Source: an uncultured Candidatus Saccharibacteria bacterium (lineage in GTDB: Bacteria > Patescibacteriota > Dojkabacteria > SC72). Taken from it: a stretch of 64,000 bases of DNA. Under the pieces are notes generated by a model. That model ran no database searches. It was given only the letters and a program-made list of their open reading frames with translations, and had not been told where the DNA came from. Shown in pieces: positions 49,051 through 58,956 of the stretch. How positions within the stretch are numbered: position 1 is the first letter of the stretch; each line of letters begins with the position of its first letter. The translations under genes and the position numbers were made by a program. The DNA is taken from the NCBI GenBank assembly GCA_964655705.1, contig CAZZPP010000005.1, forward strand, positions 10,035 to 74,034. The letters are read 5' to 3'.

Positions 49051-49488
49051 CTAATTATCAGTTTGTGGTTCAGCTTCTTCATCGAATGTGATAATAGCAA
49101 CTCTTAGATTTGAATACTCAAATGAATACTTAGAATCAATTTGCTCAGAAGAGATTACACATCTATGGTAAGGAGCCATTAAAGCATATTTAGAATTATC
49201 ATCTGTATGATTGTTTTTAATAAAAGTGATTTTAATAGGATTTTTAGTATCACCAGTATCAAAATCATCAGCAGATATTGATAATACAGTATAATCTTTA
49301 TAATTACTCTCTAAGAAAGTACTCAGGAAGGACTCATAGATGCGTCTACTAGTAAGTGATTCAGGGTTGTAAGGCTCACCAAGGAATGGGACTATGTCAT
49401 AAAAGGCAGATATAAAGTCCTCTGTTAACTTCCCTTCAAGTTTATGTATATTAAATTCTTCTCTGTCTACCATATGTTGGTATATCAT
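49051..49488 (-). CDS. hypothetical protein
   Basis: 145 aa acidic ORF, no motif recognised. Confidence 0.45.
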   Translation of the reverse strand: MIYQHMVDREEFNIHKLEGKLTEDFISAFYDIVPFLGEPYNPESLTSRRIYESFLSTFLESNYKDYTVLSISADDFDTGDTKNPIKITFIKNNHTDDNSKYALMAPYHRCVISSEQIDSKYSFEYSNLRVAIITFDEEAEPQTDN

Positions 49489-49595
49489 AGACTAATACTA
49501 ACTGATATATTATATGAATAATCGATTGTATTAACAATATTGATTCATTTAAGAGATTCCTGTTAGAATGAATAGTTTAATTGAGTTGATGTAAA

Positions 49596-51413
49596 GTGCC
49601 AAGTAAAGAGAAAATTATACTTAGAGACTATATTAGAATTGCAAAATGGTCAGTAGCTATTAATTGGGAAATGTCCCCCTTTATAACTATCGTATCCTTT
49701 GTTACTACTATATATAGGAATACAAAGGGCTTAATTAATACCTATGTAATAGCTAGGGTTATTGATCAGATAATATTTTTAGTTCAGAATAAACAAACAG
49801 ACTTAGAAGGTATTCTTTCATTAATCCTAATTCTTGCTATTGTTCAGATAGTAGATTCTGTTAATGATGCATTTACAAGCTATGCAAATAGAATAAGAAG
49901 GAGAATATCATCTCCATATCTATCTCGTCTTGTGTATAAGAAAGTATTCTCCTTAGGTGTTCAAACCAATCAGTTACCTTCTGTCTCAAATAAGAGGAAA
50001 ATTGCCGAGGAATGGATATACAATGTAAGTGACTTAAACCAGAGTATTGTAATGATCCTTTCATCATTGATTAGAGCCATTATTGCTGCATTCATTGTAT
50101 TTTCCTTCTCTTTCTGGTTAGGAGTAGTTATTCTATTAATATCAATAATCTCATATCTACAAAACAGATATTACTTTAAGAAAGACTTTGAATGGCAGTC
50201 CTCAGATAAGAATTTAGAAGAAAGAAGAAAAACATGGAGACTTGCTTGGGCTCTGTCTGATCCGAATTCAATTAGTGAGGTGTCTATTGTTGGAGCTTTT
50301 AAATATATAGATTCTAAATATGTAAATTTCTTTAAATATTTTAATAACAAATATAAAAAGATTCTTAAGGCTGATACATTAACGACCTTTCTTGTAGATA
50401 TACTAAATATGTTTGCAATATTAGGAGGCTCTATTCATGTATTCATGATGGCATTAAAAGAGGTAATCTCCATAGGTAGTACAACCTTCTATATTAGTTC
50501 CATTGATAACTTCTATGGAGGTATTAAGAATATGACAGCAGAGCTTGTATATTTTTCTGATTCAGTAATGAAAAGTAGAGAAGTTTTAGATTTCTTTGAT
50601 CTTAAACCTCAGATTAAAGATGGTGATATTAAACTTCAAAGACTTCTTACCCCACCATCTATAGATATCCAAAATATTTCATTTCATTATCCGAATTCTA
50701 GAAACAATATATTTGAGAATTTCTCTATGAGGATTGATTCAGGGCAAAGAGTTGCAATTGTGGGAGAGAATGGTGCAGGGAAATCAACATTGGTTAAACT
50801 CATTTGTAGAATATATGAACCTCAAAAGGGTAAAATCCTAATTAATGGTATTGATATAAAGAAATTATCAATTAATGATTGGTACAAAAATGTTGGTGCA
50901 CTATTTCAGGATTTCAATTTCTATTCATCTCTTTCTGCTCAGGAGAATATATATATGGGTAAACCTGCCAAGCCAATAGATAAAGGTAATGTAATTAAAT
51001 CCGCAAAGAGTGCAGAAGCTCATGACTTCATTATGAAATATAAACATAAGTATAAAAATTTAATGAGTGATGATTTTAAGGATGGTATTAGACCTAGTCA
51101 TGGTCAACAACAAAAAATTGCTATAGCTAGATTCTTTTATAGGGATGCCCCATTAGCTATCTTTGATGAGCCAACCTCCTCTATTGATGCAGATGCTGAG
51201 TTCAGGATATTTAACAGGATATATAATTTCTTTGAGAATAAGACAGTCATTATAATCTCTCATAGGTTTTCTACTGTAAGAAAAGCAGATAAGATATTTG
51301 TTCTTAAAGATGGTAGAATTTTTGAACAGGGTAACCATATACAGTTAATGGGTAAAAAGGGTTCGTACTTTAATAACTTTACTAAACAAGCTAAGGGATA
51401 CGCGCAAGATTAA
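49596..51413 (+). CDS. ABC exporter, fused permease/ATPase (type I exporter, MsbA/bacteriocin-exporter-like)
   Basis: 605 aa; 6 TM N-terminal domain, Walker A GENGAGKST, signature GQQQKIAIAR, Walker B IFDEPTSSID. Confidence 0.85.
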   Translation: MPSKEKIILRDYIRIAKWSVAINWEMSPFITIVSFVTTIYRNTKGLINTYVIARVIDQIIFLVQNKQTDLEGILSLILILAIVQIVDSVNDAFTSYANRIRRRISSPYLSRLVYKKVFSLGVQTNQLPSVSNKRKIAEEWIYNVSDLNQSIVMILSSLIRAIIAAFIVFSFSFWLGVVILLISIISYLQNRYYFKKDFEWQSSDKNLEERRKTWRLAWALSDPNSISEVSIVGAFKYIDSKYVNFFKYFNNKYKKILKADTLTTFLVDILNMFAILGGSIHVFMMALKEVISIGSTTFYISSIDNFYGGIKNMTAELVYFSDSVMKSREVLDFFDLKPQIKDGDIKLQRLLTPPSIDIQNISFHYPNSRNNIFENFSMRIDSGQRVAIVGENGAGKSTLVKLICRIYEPQKGKILINGIDIKKLSINDWYKNVGALFQDFNFYSSLSAQENIYMGKPAKPIDKGNVIKSAKSAEAHDFIMKYKHKYKNLMSDDFKDGIRPSHGQQQKIAIARFFYRDAPLAIFDEPTSSIDADAEFRIFNRIYNFFENKTVIIISHRFSTVRKADKIFVLKDGRIFEQGNHIQLMGKKGSYFNNFTKQAKGYAQD

Positions 51414-51433
51414 ATAATTTTAATATATTAAAT

Positions 51434-52093
51434 ATGAGAATACTTTTAGGAATAATATTACTACCCATTCTGTTTCTACAATCTACGTTTGCATATACAG
51501 TATCAGAGGTAGAGAAGCATACAATCCCTTCGGATTGTTGGGTAGTTTTTGAGAACAAGGTATATGACCTAAGTGAGTACCTACCCTCCCATGATATGTA
51601 TCTAGATATTAGAGATTGGTGTGGAGATGATATGACTAAGGATTTTAAGGATAAAGCAGGTGAAGGAAGAGATCACAGAGTAAGTAGTTATTCACTTTTA
51701 GAAAGATATTACATTGGGGATATTGATGAAGTGGTTTTACAAAACACAGAAGATTCAAAGCAGGACTCTAAACTCCCATACAATATTGTAGTCCCCCTAC
51801 TCCTATCAGTACTAGGCTATTGGGTACCATATATGCTAATTAAAAAAGGTATATTCAAAAAATCAATTAAAACTTTTAACGCTTTTTGGAATACAGTATT
51901 AATATTTCTTCTACTTGTACCTGCATTTGGATTTGGTGTAATCATGATTTTAAGATATAGATTTCCCTCAATATGGGATTTAAGTTTTGACTTCATGTAT
52001 TGGCATGTTGAACTATCGTTGGTAATGGGTATACTAGGCATTAATCATTTCATTCAAAGATTAAAGATATACTTTTCTCAACTTAAGAAATAG
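51434..52093 (+). CDS. membrane protein with N-terminal extracytoplasmic cytochrome-b5-like (heme-motif-lacking) domain
   Basis: 219 aa; signal/anchor, CWVVFENKVYDLSEYLPSH resembles b5-like fold without HPGG, three C-terminal TM. Confidence 0.4.
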   Translation: MRILLGIILLPILFLQSTFAYTVSEVEKHTIPSDCWVVFENKVYDLSEYLPSHDMYLDIRDWCGDDMTKDFKDKAGEGRDHRVSSYSLLERYYIGDIDEVVLQNTEDSKQDSKLPYNIVVPLLLSVLGYWVPYMLIKKGIFKKSIKTFNAFWNTVLIFLLLVPAFGFGVIMILRYRFPSIWDLSFDFMYWHVELSLVMGILGINHFIQRLKIYFSQLKK

Positions 52094-52136
52094 GGGTATA
52101 CCAAAGGTATACATTTTACTTAAGGGTATTGTATAA

Positions 52137-52595
52137 TTGGTAATGGAAAAGGAAAGTGATTTGAAGAGTCTAGAGATATATTCAGAGAATCAATATCAAG
52201 AGGCATTTGAAAGCATATCAAGTTATACATCTAATGAGGGATTTGATATATATAAACTCGAAAGTACTATTCCCAAGGGACTTCTTAATGGCTTAAGTGA
52301 AATGGTTGATACAATATCCAGTGAGAATATTACATACGATACTTCAGACCAACAGTTAGATGATTTTACTGACAGAGTATTTAGGAAAATACTCGAGGAA
52401 GGCTTGCCCCAAAGAGAGGTACTCAATGTTGTACTTGTTAGTAAAATTCTTCATAATTTAGAATATTCAAATAGGAATATTACCCCCCTTCATATCAAGA
52501 ATGTTCTTTACAGAAAAAATGAGACATCTGACCTTATGTGGGTTTGGTTAGATATATATAGGAAGAAACTTATGGGAATTCAGAGAGATATTTGA
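52137..52595 (+). CDS. hypothetical protein
   Basis: 152 aa ORF. Confidence 0.45.
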   Translation: MVMEKESDLKSLEIYSENQYQEAFESISSYTSNEGFDIYKLESTIPKGLLNGLSEMVDTISSENITYDTSDQQLDDFTDRVFRKILEEGLPQREVLNVVLVSKILHNLEYSNRNITPLHIKNVLYRKNETSDLMWVWLDIYRKKLMGIQRDI

Positions 52596-52648
52596 TATTT
52601 ATTTCTCTTTTCCATATACTTTAATAATAATTTTTTACCAATATTTCT

Positions 52649-53203
52649 ATGGAGATGTTTGCAATAATTCTCTTGGCTGCAATAGGTGCAATAGTCATGT
52701 ACTTAATTAATCTTAATAATCAATTGGTTAAGATGAAATTAACAGTAGATGAGGCTGTTGCAGATATTGAGACTTTTCTTAAACAGAGATATGATATGAT
52801 TCCTAACCTTGTGGAGACTGTAAAGGGCTATGCTAAGCATGAGAAAGGACTTTTTGAGAGTGTAACTGAACTTAGAGGCAAGGCTATGAAGGCGGATTCT
52901 GTTGGAGAGCAGATTAAACTTGATCAAGAGCTACAACAGGGTATTACCAAGATATTTGCTCTTGCTGAAAACTATCCTCAGTTGAAGGCAAATGAGAACT
53001 TTTTAAATCTTCAAGCTAACCTTAAAGACATGGAAGAAGAGATTCAGAAGTCTAGAAGGTTTTACAATGGTACTGTTAGAGATTTCAATACTAAGATTTC
53101 TGTATTTCCAAATAACCTGATTGTTAAATTCCTAAGTTTTAAAGAATTCTCATTCTTTGAAGCAACAGAAGAAGAAAAGAAGAATGTTGAGGTTAAATTC
53201 TAA
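52649..53203 (+). CDS. LemA-family protein
   Basis: 184 aa; N-terminal TM then VKMKLTVDEAVADIETFLKQRYDMIPNLVETVKGYAKHEK matches LemA consensus. Confidence 0.8.
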   Translation: MEMFAIILLAAIGAIVMYLINLNNQLVKMKLTVDEAVADIETFLKQRYDMIPNLVETVKGYAKHEKGLFESVTELRGKAMKADSVGEQIKLDQELQQGITKIFALAENYPQLKANENFLNLQANLKDMEEEIQKSRRFYNGTVRDFNTKISVFPNNLIVKFLSFKEFSFFEATEEEKKNVEVKF

Positions 53204-53213
53204 TTCTTTTTGA

Positions 53214-54941
53214 ATGAAGAAATTCTCTACCCTACTAATCCTTTTAGGGATATACTCTCTTGTTAGTCCTGTATTCGCTCAGACAGAGGATAGGATACTA
53301 GACTTCAATAGTAATATTAATGTCTCTAGAAATACTGAGATTGATATTGACGAAAAGATTACCTTCCAACCATCATCATATATTGAAAGACATGGTCTAG
53401 AATGGACAATCCCATATATATATTCGGCTAATGCTTTAAGAAGGCCAACTCAACTGGATATTAATTCTGTTCAATACTATCCTTTAAATAATCCAACTGA
53501 TATTACTTACAACAAATATACTAGAAGTGATGATAATGGATGGGCTACACTTCGTATTGGAGATCCCAATATTCTAATTACCCAACCTCATGTATATATA
53601 ATTGATTACACCCTTAAGTATTCTGCTATTTCTTTCTTTGATACCCATGAAGAGCTTTTCTTAAACATTATTGGTCCTGGATGGAAGATGCCAATTGAAA
53701 AGGCTTCTGCAACTCTTGTTCTTCCAGCCGAAGTTCCTGAAGCCATTTGTTTTACAGGTCCAGATGGCTCTACAGAAAGTAACTGTACCATTGAGATTGA
53801 GGGAAATACTGTTAAGGTTAAACCTACGGTAGTCCTAAACCCATACGAGGGCTATACCGTAGTAATTAAACAACCATTAGGAACATTTGAGGACACTAGA
53901 AAGGAACAAGCACGTTTAATACTAATTGCGAATTCAGGTATTTTACTCCCTATTCCTGTAGGGATATTTCTTTTTGTATTTTTGAGAAATTACAAGAAAG
54001 GTAAGCAATATACTGTAATTCCTACATATGAACCTCCTGAGCAAATGGATGCTTTAAAAAGCTCCATACTGATGAAAAACACTTCACTTTTTACTACAAA
54101 ATATATATCAGCGTTACTAATAGAGATGGCTGTTAAGGGATATTGTAAGGTAAGGGAGTACAAGAAAAGGAAGTATGAACTTGTTAAATTAAAGGAGTAT
54201 CCCTCTGAGCCTGAACATACCAGACATATATTAGATTCAATATTTGTATATGGAGATACTGTACCTCTTTCCAAACTTACGAATTTTTTTACTACTTCCT
54301 CTGAGGCATACAATATATGTAAAAAGCAGTTATTAGCAGAAGGATATATGTCTCGTAACAGAAGAATTGTAAAAACTGTACTTACAATATCAAGTGCAGT
54401 ACTATTCTTTCTTAGTATTATGTCCTCTTCCATATATATTGCCTTCGCAGCTATTGGAACCCTTCTTGGTGTGATGATTTCCTTAATTATGGTAATTATC
54501 TTTTCAAGAGGTATTAATACTAAATCAGACAAAGGGAATCAAATTTTTGCTAGTTTAATGGGATTAAAGATGTATATTAAGACGGCAGAGAAGCAAAGGA
54601 TTGAATTCCATAATAATCCAGATAAATACAAAGAAGTCTTTGAGAAACTTCTCCCATATGCAATGATTTTTGGTTTAGAAAAGAAATGGGCAGAACAGTT
54701 TAAGGATATCTATTCTACTTCCCCCCAATGGTATGAAGGGTACAATTCCTCATTTGATACTTTACTTTTTAACAATTCCCTTTCTACATTTAACAGGTCA
54801 GTATTTGCCTCATCGGCACCATCTAATTACGGAAGTTCTGGAGGCTTTAGGTCAAGTGGATGGAGTTCAGGAGGCTCTGGATTTGGTGGTGGAGGTAGTT
54901 CAGGTGGTGGTGGGGGTGGCTCTGGAGGAGGGGGATGGTAA
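53214..54941 (+). CDS. DUF2207-family membrane protein with Gly/Ser-rich C-terminal tail
   Basis: 575 aa; signal peptide, beta-rich ectodomain, TM helices, C-terminal GGFRSSGWSSGGSGFGGGGSSGGGGGGSGGGGW; canonical partner of LemA. Confidence 0.7.
   Translation: MKKFSTLLILLGIYSLVSPVFAQTEDRILDFNSNINVSRNTEIDIDEKITFQPSSYIERHGLEWTIPYIYSANALRRPTQLDINSVQYYPLNNPTDITYNKYTRSDDNGWATLRIGDPNILITQPHVYIIDYTLKYSAISFFDTHEELFLNIIGPGWKMPIEKASATLVLPAEVPEAICFTGPDGSTESNCTIEIEGNTVKVKPTVVLNPYEGYTVVIKQPLGTFEDTRKEQARLILIANSGILLPIPVGIFLFVFLRNYKKGKQYTVIPTYEPPEQMDALKSSILMKNTSLFTTKYISALLIEMAVKGYCKVREYKKRKYELVKLKEYPSEPEHTRHILDSIFVYGDTVPLSKLTNFFTTSSEAYNICKKQLLAEGYMSRNRRIVKTVLTISSAVLFFLSIMSSSIYIAFAAIGTLLGVMISLIMVIIFSRGINTKSDKGNQIFASLMGLKMYIKTAEKQRIEFHNNPDKYKEVFEKLLPYAMIFGLEKKWAEQFKDIYSTSPQWYEGYNSSFDTLLFNNSLSTFNRSVFASSAPSNYGSSGGFRSSGWSSGGSGFGGGGSSGGGGGGSGGGGW
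54840..54941 (+). repeat. low-complexity Gly/Ser-coding tract (GGN repeats) at 3' end of DUF2207 gene
   Basis: ggaggctctggatttggtggtggaggtagttcaggtggtggtgggggtggctctggaggaggggga. Confidence 0.6.
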
Positions 54942-54963
54942 TTAATATTAGGGTGTTACTGTT

Positions 54964-55680
54964 ATGGGTATTTTTGATATATTTCTAGGTTACTCTAAGG
55001 TATCTACTACCTCTTTTGAGCAGTTAAGACATAAAATTGTAAATCTTAGGAAGGAGAATCTCTATCCTTACACCTTTAACCTTCCACAAGCAATTTCTTT
55101 TCCATATGATTTCTGGGATGAATTAATTAGAATATTTAAAAATACAAGAAGTGATGGTTTAGAAAGGGCATTCTCAGTATTCTGGGCAGATGGTGAGGTT
55201 GTACTTACAGAAGTTAAAACTGGTTCTGATCGTATGGTAAAAAGTGGAGGAAGTATCCAAGTGAAGTATTCTCATCACCCTACTAAGCAAGGATATGCAA
55301 GAAAGGAGCTATTTGTAGATGAGAAATTAATTAAGAAAAGAGATATATATTTCAAGAGTGTTCCTAAGAGTCTCGATGTCCAATACCTATTCAATATACA
55401 TACGCATCCTAAACATATTAAGGAGAATGGAGAGGTGTTTTACAATTATTTCTCTGCTCAGGATATCAAGTCTTTAATATCCTCAAAGGCAATTATGACT
55501 GGGTTAATTACTGACAAATTATGGATATTAATTAGGACAGACAAAACACCAATAGGTGTAGAGCATATTTTAGATACACAAGTGACTCCCCAGTTTCTTG
55601 AAGAGACTCTCCATATTGGAGTGTATAGGGCAGAGTTAAACAAAAAGGCTTTCAGATACAGGCTACTTTCAGACAAATAA
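54964..55680 (+). CDS. hypothetical protein, possible JAB/MPN-like metalloenzyme
   Basis: 238 aa; HTHP...FSAQD resembles JAMM HxH...SxxD motif (non-canonical spacing). Confidence 0.35.
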   Translation: MGIFDIFLGYSKVSTTSFEQLRHKIVNLRKENLYPYTFNLPQAISFPYDFWDELIRIFKNTRSDGLERAFSVFWADGEVVLTEVKTGSDRMVKSGGSIQVKYSHHPTKQGYARKELFVDEKLIKKRDIYFKSVPKSLDVQYLFNIHTHPKHIKENGEVFYNYFSAQDIKSLISSKAIMTGLITDKLWILIRTDKTPIGVEHILDTQVTPQFLEETLHIGVYRAELNKKAFRYRLLSDK

Positions 55681-57453
55681 CTATTTAACCGTAACAGATT
55701 TAGCTAGGTTTCTTGGTTTATCTATACTATTCCCTAACTCTTTTGCTAAAAAGTATGAAATTAATTGAAAAGGAATAATATTAGCTATTGATTTTAATTC
55801 GTTACTATCTACGACAGGTATAAAATGGTCAAAAGATTTCTCCCTTGAAAACTGTTTATCCCCTACCCCAATAGTAAGTGCTCCCCTTGCTTTAACCTCA
55901 TAGGTAGCAGATATTAAATCTTTTGCATTAAGATCATCAGATATTATTGATATAACGGGTGTCCCCTTATCAATCAATGCAATTACCCCATGCTTAAGTT
56001 CACCTGCAGCAAATCCTTCAAAATGTTTGTAGGAAATCTCCTTTATCTTTAGCGCTCCTTCTTGTGCAATATGATAGTTTTGTCCCTTACCAAGAACAAA
56101 GAAATGTTCCTTACCTTTTAATACCAAGGATATATCATGAATACTTTTAAACAGGGATTTAGAAAAATATTTTTCTAAATTCAATGATAGTAATGATAAT
56201 TCCTTCTTAGCTGAGTTATACTCCCCTACTAACGATTTAGCTAACAGATAGCCAAATGATATTTGAGATGTAAATACCTTAGTAGAAGCTACACATATTT
56301 CACTACCTGCATTTGACATAAAGAAAATATCTGAAAGCCTAGATAGAGTAGAACTAGGCATATTTATATTACTAGCAATATATACTCCTTTCTTTTTAAA
56401 TATTTCAACAGCCTCTAATGTGTCTGCAGTCTCTCCACTTTGTGAGAATGATATTAATACATCTCCTTTTTTAAGAACATTAATATATGATTCTGTTTCA
56501 TATGATCGAATAGATACAGCATTTATACCAGCTATTTCTCTTAAGAAAAAGGATACCTGATCACCAGCGTATGCTGCTGTACCTGCTCCAATTGTATATA
56601 CATTAGAAGCGATTTTAATTTTCTCTAACAAAGGTCTTAGATCACTTTCTAAATATGATGTCGCTTTTAATATGGTATGTTGCTGTTGAACTATCTCTTT
56701 AATCATATAGTGGTCATACTCCCCTTTATCAATATCGATATCAAGGAATTTCTCTAACTTAGGTTTCCTCTTAATCTCTTTCTCTTTCTTAATATCTAGA
56801 ATTGAATATTTTCCATATTCTAGTTCTACTAGTTCTCCATTATTTATCTCAACAATACTTTTGGTAAATTGATTAAAAGCAAGAGGGTCTGAAGCTAGGT
56901 AAAGCTCTTTTAGGTTAACACCAAGTATTAAGGGGCTACCATTTCTAATTGCATAGATCTTGTTTTCCTTACTGTCTAAAAGAATTACAGTATTTCTACC
57001 CTCTAATTTTTTGAAAGAAGAGATTAAGGACTTTTTAATACTTCTATTCTTTTTTAAACGATCTTCTATCAATTTTAATATGACTTCTGTATCTACCTCT
57101 GTTTTGAATATATGGCCACGCTTCTCAAGGGTCTTTTTTAGGGAAGTATAGTTTTCTACAATACCGTTTTGTGCAATAACGAATCTTTTGTCAGTAGAGA
57201 GATGAGGATGAGCATTAGTTACAGTTACACCTCCATGTGTGGCCCATCTGGTATGTCCAATTCCAATAGTAGAATTAAATTTAGAATCAATCTCAGGTGG
57301 AATGTGTCCGACATCTTTGATACTTCTAATTCTTTTGTTCTGAATTATGCTTATTCCCCATGAATCATATCCTCTGTATTCTAACCTTTTTAAACCTTGG
57401 TGAATAATTTCAGGTGCACTAGATTGTCCAATATAGCCAAAAATTCCGCACAT
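55681..57453 (-). CDS. glmS: glutamine--fructose-6-phosphate aminotransferase
   Basis: 590 aa; N-terminal MCGIFGYIG Ntn-amidotransferase start, two SIS domains. Confidence 0.9.
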   Translation of the reverse strand: MCGIFGYIGQSSAPEIIHQGLKRLEYRGYDSWGISIIQNKRIRSIKDVGHIPPEIDSKFNSTIGIGHTRWATHGGVTVTNAHPHLSTDKRFVIAQNGIVENYTSLKKTLEKRGHIFKTEVDTEVILKLIEDRLKKNRSIKKSLISSFKKLEGRNTVILLDSKENKIYAIRNGSPLILGVNLKELYLASDPLAFNQFTKSIVEINNGELVELEYGKYSILDIKKEKEIKRKPKLEKFLDIDIDKGEYDHYMIKEIVQQQHTILKATSYLESDLRPLLEKIKIASNVYTIGAGTAAYAGDQVSFFLREIAGINAVSIRSYETESYINVLKKGDVLISFSQSGETADTLEAVEIFKKKGVYIASNINMPSSTLSRLSDIFFMSNAGSEICVASTKVFTSQISFGYLLAKSLVGEYNSAKKELSLLSLNLEKYFSKSLFKSIHDISLVLKGKEHFFVLGKGQNYHIAQEGALKIKEISYKHFEGFAAGELKHGVIALIDKGTPVISIISDDLNAKDLISATYEVKARGALTIGVGDKQFSREKSFDHFIPVVDSNELKSIANIIPFQLISYFLAKELGNSIDKPRNLAKSVTVK

Positions 57454-57469
57454 ATGTGTAAGTGTAATA

Positions 57470-57610
57470 TATTATCTACTGTGGGAAATGTATTAAGATA
57501 TTTTTGTAGATTTGTATATCTTATTTAGGTTATACACGTAACCTGAAGGTACCCGCTGATATATCGATAGCCTTCTCCTCGTTGTCTAAAAAGACCCAGT
57601 CGCTAAAGTA
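57470..57610 (-). ncRNA. glmS ribozyme (GlcN6P-responsive self-cleaving riboswitch) in glmS 5' UTR
   Basis: minus-strand read AGCGACUGGGUC...GACAACGAGGAGAAGGCUAUCGAUAUAUCAGCGGGUACCUUC closely matches glmS ribozyme core consensus AGCGCCAGAACUGGC...GACGAGGAUGGAGGUUAUCGAAUUUUCGGCGGAUGCCUCC; located directly upstream of glmS. Confidence 0.7.
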
Positions 57611-57651
57611 AATTAATTCCCTCTACCATTATACATACTCTTTAGAAAATG

Positions 57652-58326
57652 TTAATCCCTCCTTTTGATTCTAGAGGCGTAGTACAAAACATTCATTATG
57701 GATGAAAACAACCCTGCTACATAGGTCATAGCTGCTGAATTTAAGACTGATTTGGCATTTCCCATCATCCCTTGTGGTATGAGATTATACTCCTCAAGAA
57801 AGTGAAGGCCTCTTCTGGTAGCATCTAATTCTAGAGGTACAGTTAGAAAAGCAAATACTGTAGTTAATGCAAAGATTGAAAGGCCTAGATACGAAATATT
57901 AAGAAGGTTTAGTCCTAGCCCAACACCGATTAAAATATATCCTAGATAGCTTCCAATATTAACAATTGGGATAATACCATTTCTTAATTTAAAGAGAGTA
58001 GAACCACTGAATTTCTGGTCTACATGCCCAAACTCATGAGCTACAACAGCAATGTTTGAAATGGAGGATTTAAATGACTCAGATGATATTGATACAATAT
58101 CTTTTCTAGGATCAAAATGATCAGAAAGTTTAGGACCGTTTACTACAACTTCTACTGGATATTTTCCGTTTGTTTTAATAATTTCGGCAGCCTGTTTACC
58201 AGTAATATCGTTCCCTGGAGATATCTTTGAGTTTCTACTATATGATATGGATATCCATATTTGGGCAGCTATTGATAGTAGTAGTGCAGGGAGGACAAAG
58301 AGTAAGTATGAATAGTCGTAGTACAT
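57652..58326 (-). CDS. membrane zinc metallopeptidase (YugP/COG2738-like)
   Basis: 224 aa; N-terminal TM, HEFGHV (HExxH) motif, C-terminal TM helices. Confidence 0.7.
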   Translation of the reverse strand: MYYDYSYLLFVLPALLLSIAAQIWISISYSRNSKISPGNDITGKQAAEIIKTNGKYPVEVVVNGPKLSDHFDPRKDIVSISSESFKSSISNIAVVAHEFGHVDQKFSGSTLFKLRNGIIPIVNIGSYLGYILIGVGLGLNLLNISYLGLSIFALTTVFAFLTVPLELDATRRGLHFLEEYNLIPQGMMGNAKSVLNSAAMTYVAGLFSSIMNVLYYASRIKRRD

Positions 58327-58356
58327 AAATAAGAGATATATTAAATGAAATAAAAT

Positions 58357-58875
58357 CTATTTTACCTTTTCAAGTGATTTAAGAAATATTAAGGCAGAAA
58401 TTACTCCAATTGAGGCAGTTATGAATTGGATGTTAACGGAGGATACAAATATGGAGGGTAAGCCAAATAGTTTGTTCATAATGTAGTAGGAAATATACAG
58501 AAAAGAACCCTTTAGAATGATACCCACAGCGTAGTGCAAGAGTCTTTTTTTAGATATGAAGTAAGACAGTATATAGTTAGATACCATTATATATGGCATT
58601 ACATATATCAGAAATATGGTAGCCCCATTAAATAGTACTCCCAAAGCAGTAGCAGTAATTGAGGGGAGGATAAGTACTGGAAGAGTTTTCTTTATTCCAT
58701 ACTTTAGAGTAGAGTAAGTAATCAGGAAATTAATAGCACTGCCTACTAGTAATTGTGGTTTCCCAATGAGTAGAGGTATTAGTATTGAGAGAGAGTAGAT
58801 TGAATAGAGTAAAGCAGTCTCATATTTAATCTCAAAACCTAGTAACTTTCTTTTGTGTAGTATGTTTAATCCCAT
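58357..58875 (-). CDS. hypothetical 5-TM membrane protein (possible small-molecule transporter S-component-like)
   Basis: 172 aa hydrophobic ORF. Confidence 0.45.
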   Translation of the reverse strand: MGLNILHKRKLLGFEIKYETALLYSIYSLSILIPLLIGKPQLLVGSAINFLITYSTLKYGIKKTLPVLILPSITATALGVLFNGATIFLIYVMPYIMVSNYILSYFISKKRLLHYAVGIILKGSFLYISYYIMNKLFGLPSIFVSSVNIQFITASIGVISALIFLKSLEKVK

Positions 58876-58956
58876 ATTTAAAATATATCATACAAATATT
58901 TGAAATTAAAGTTAATACCCTTTAATATAAATATATATTAATTATTTATTCTCTTT

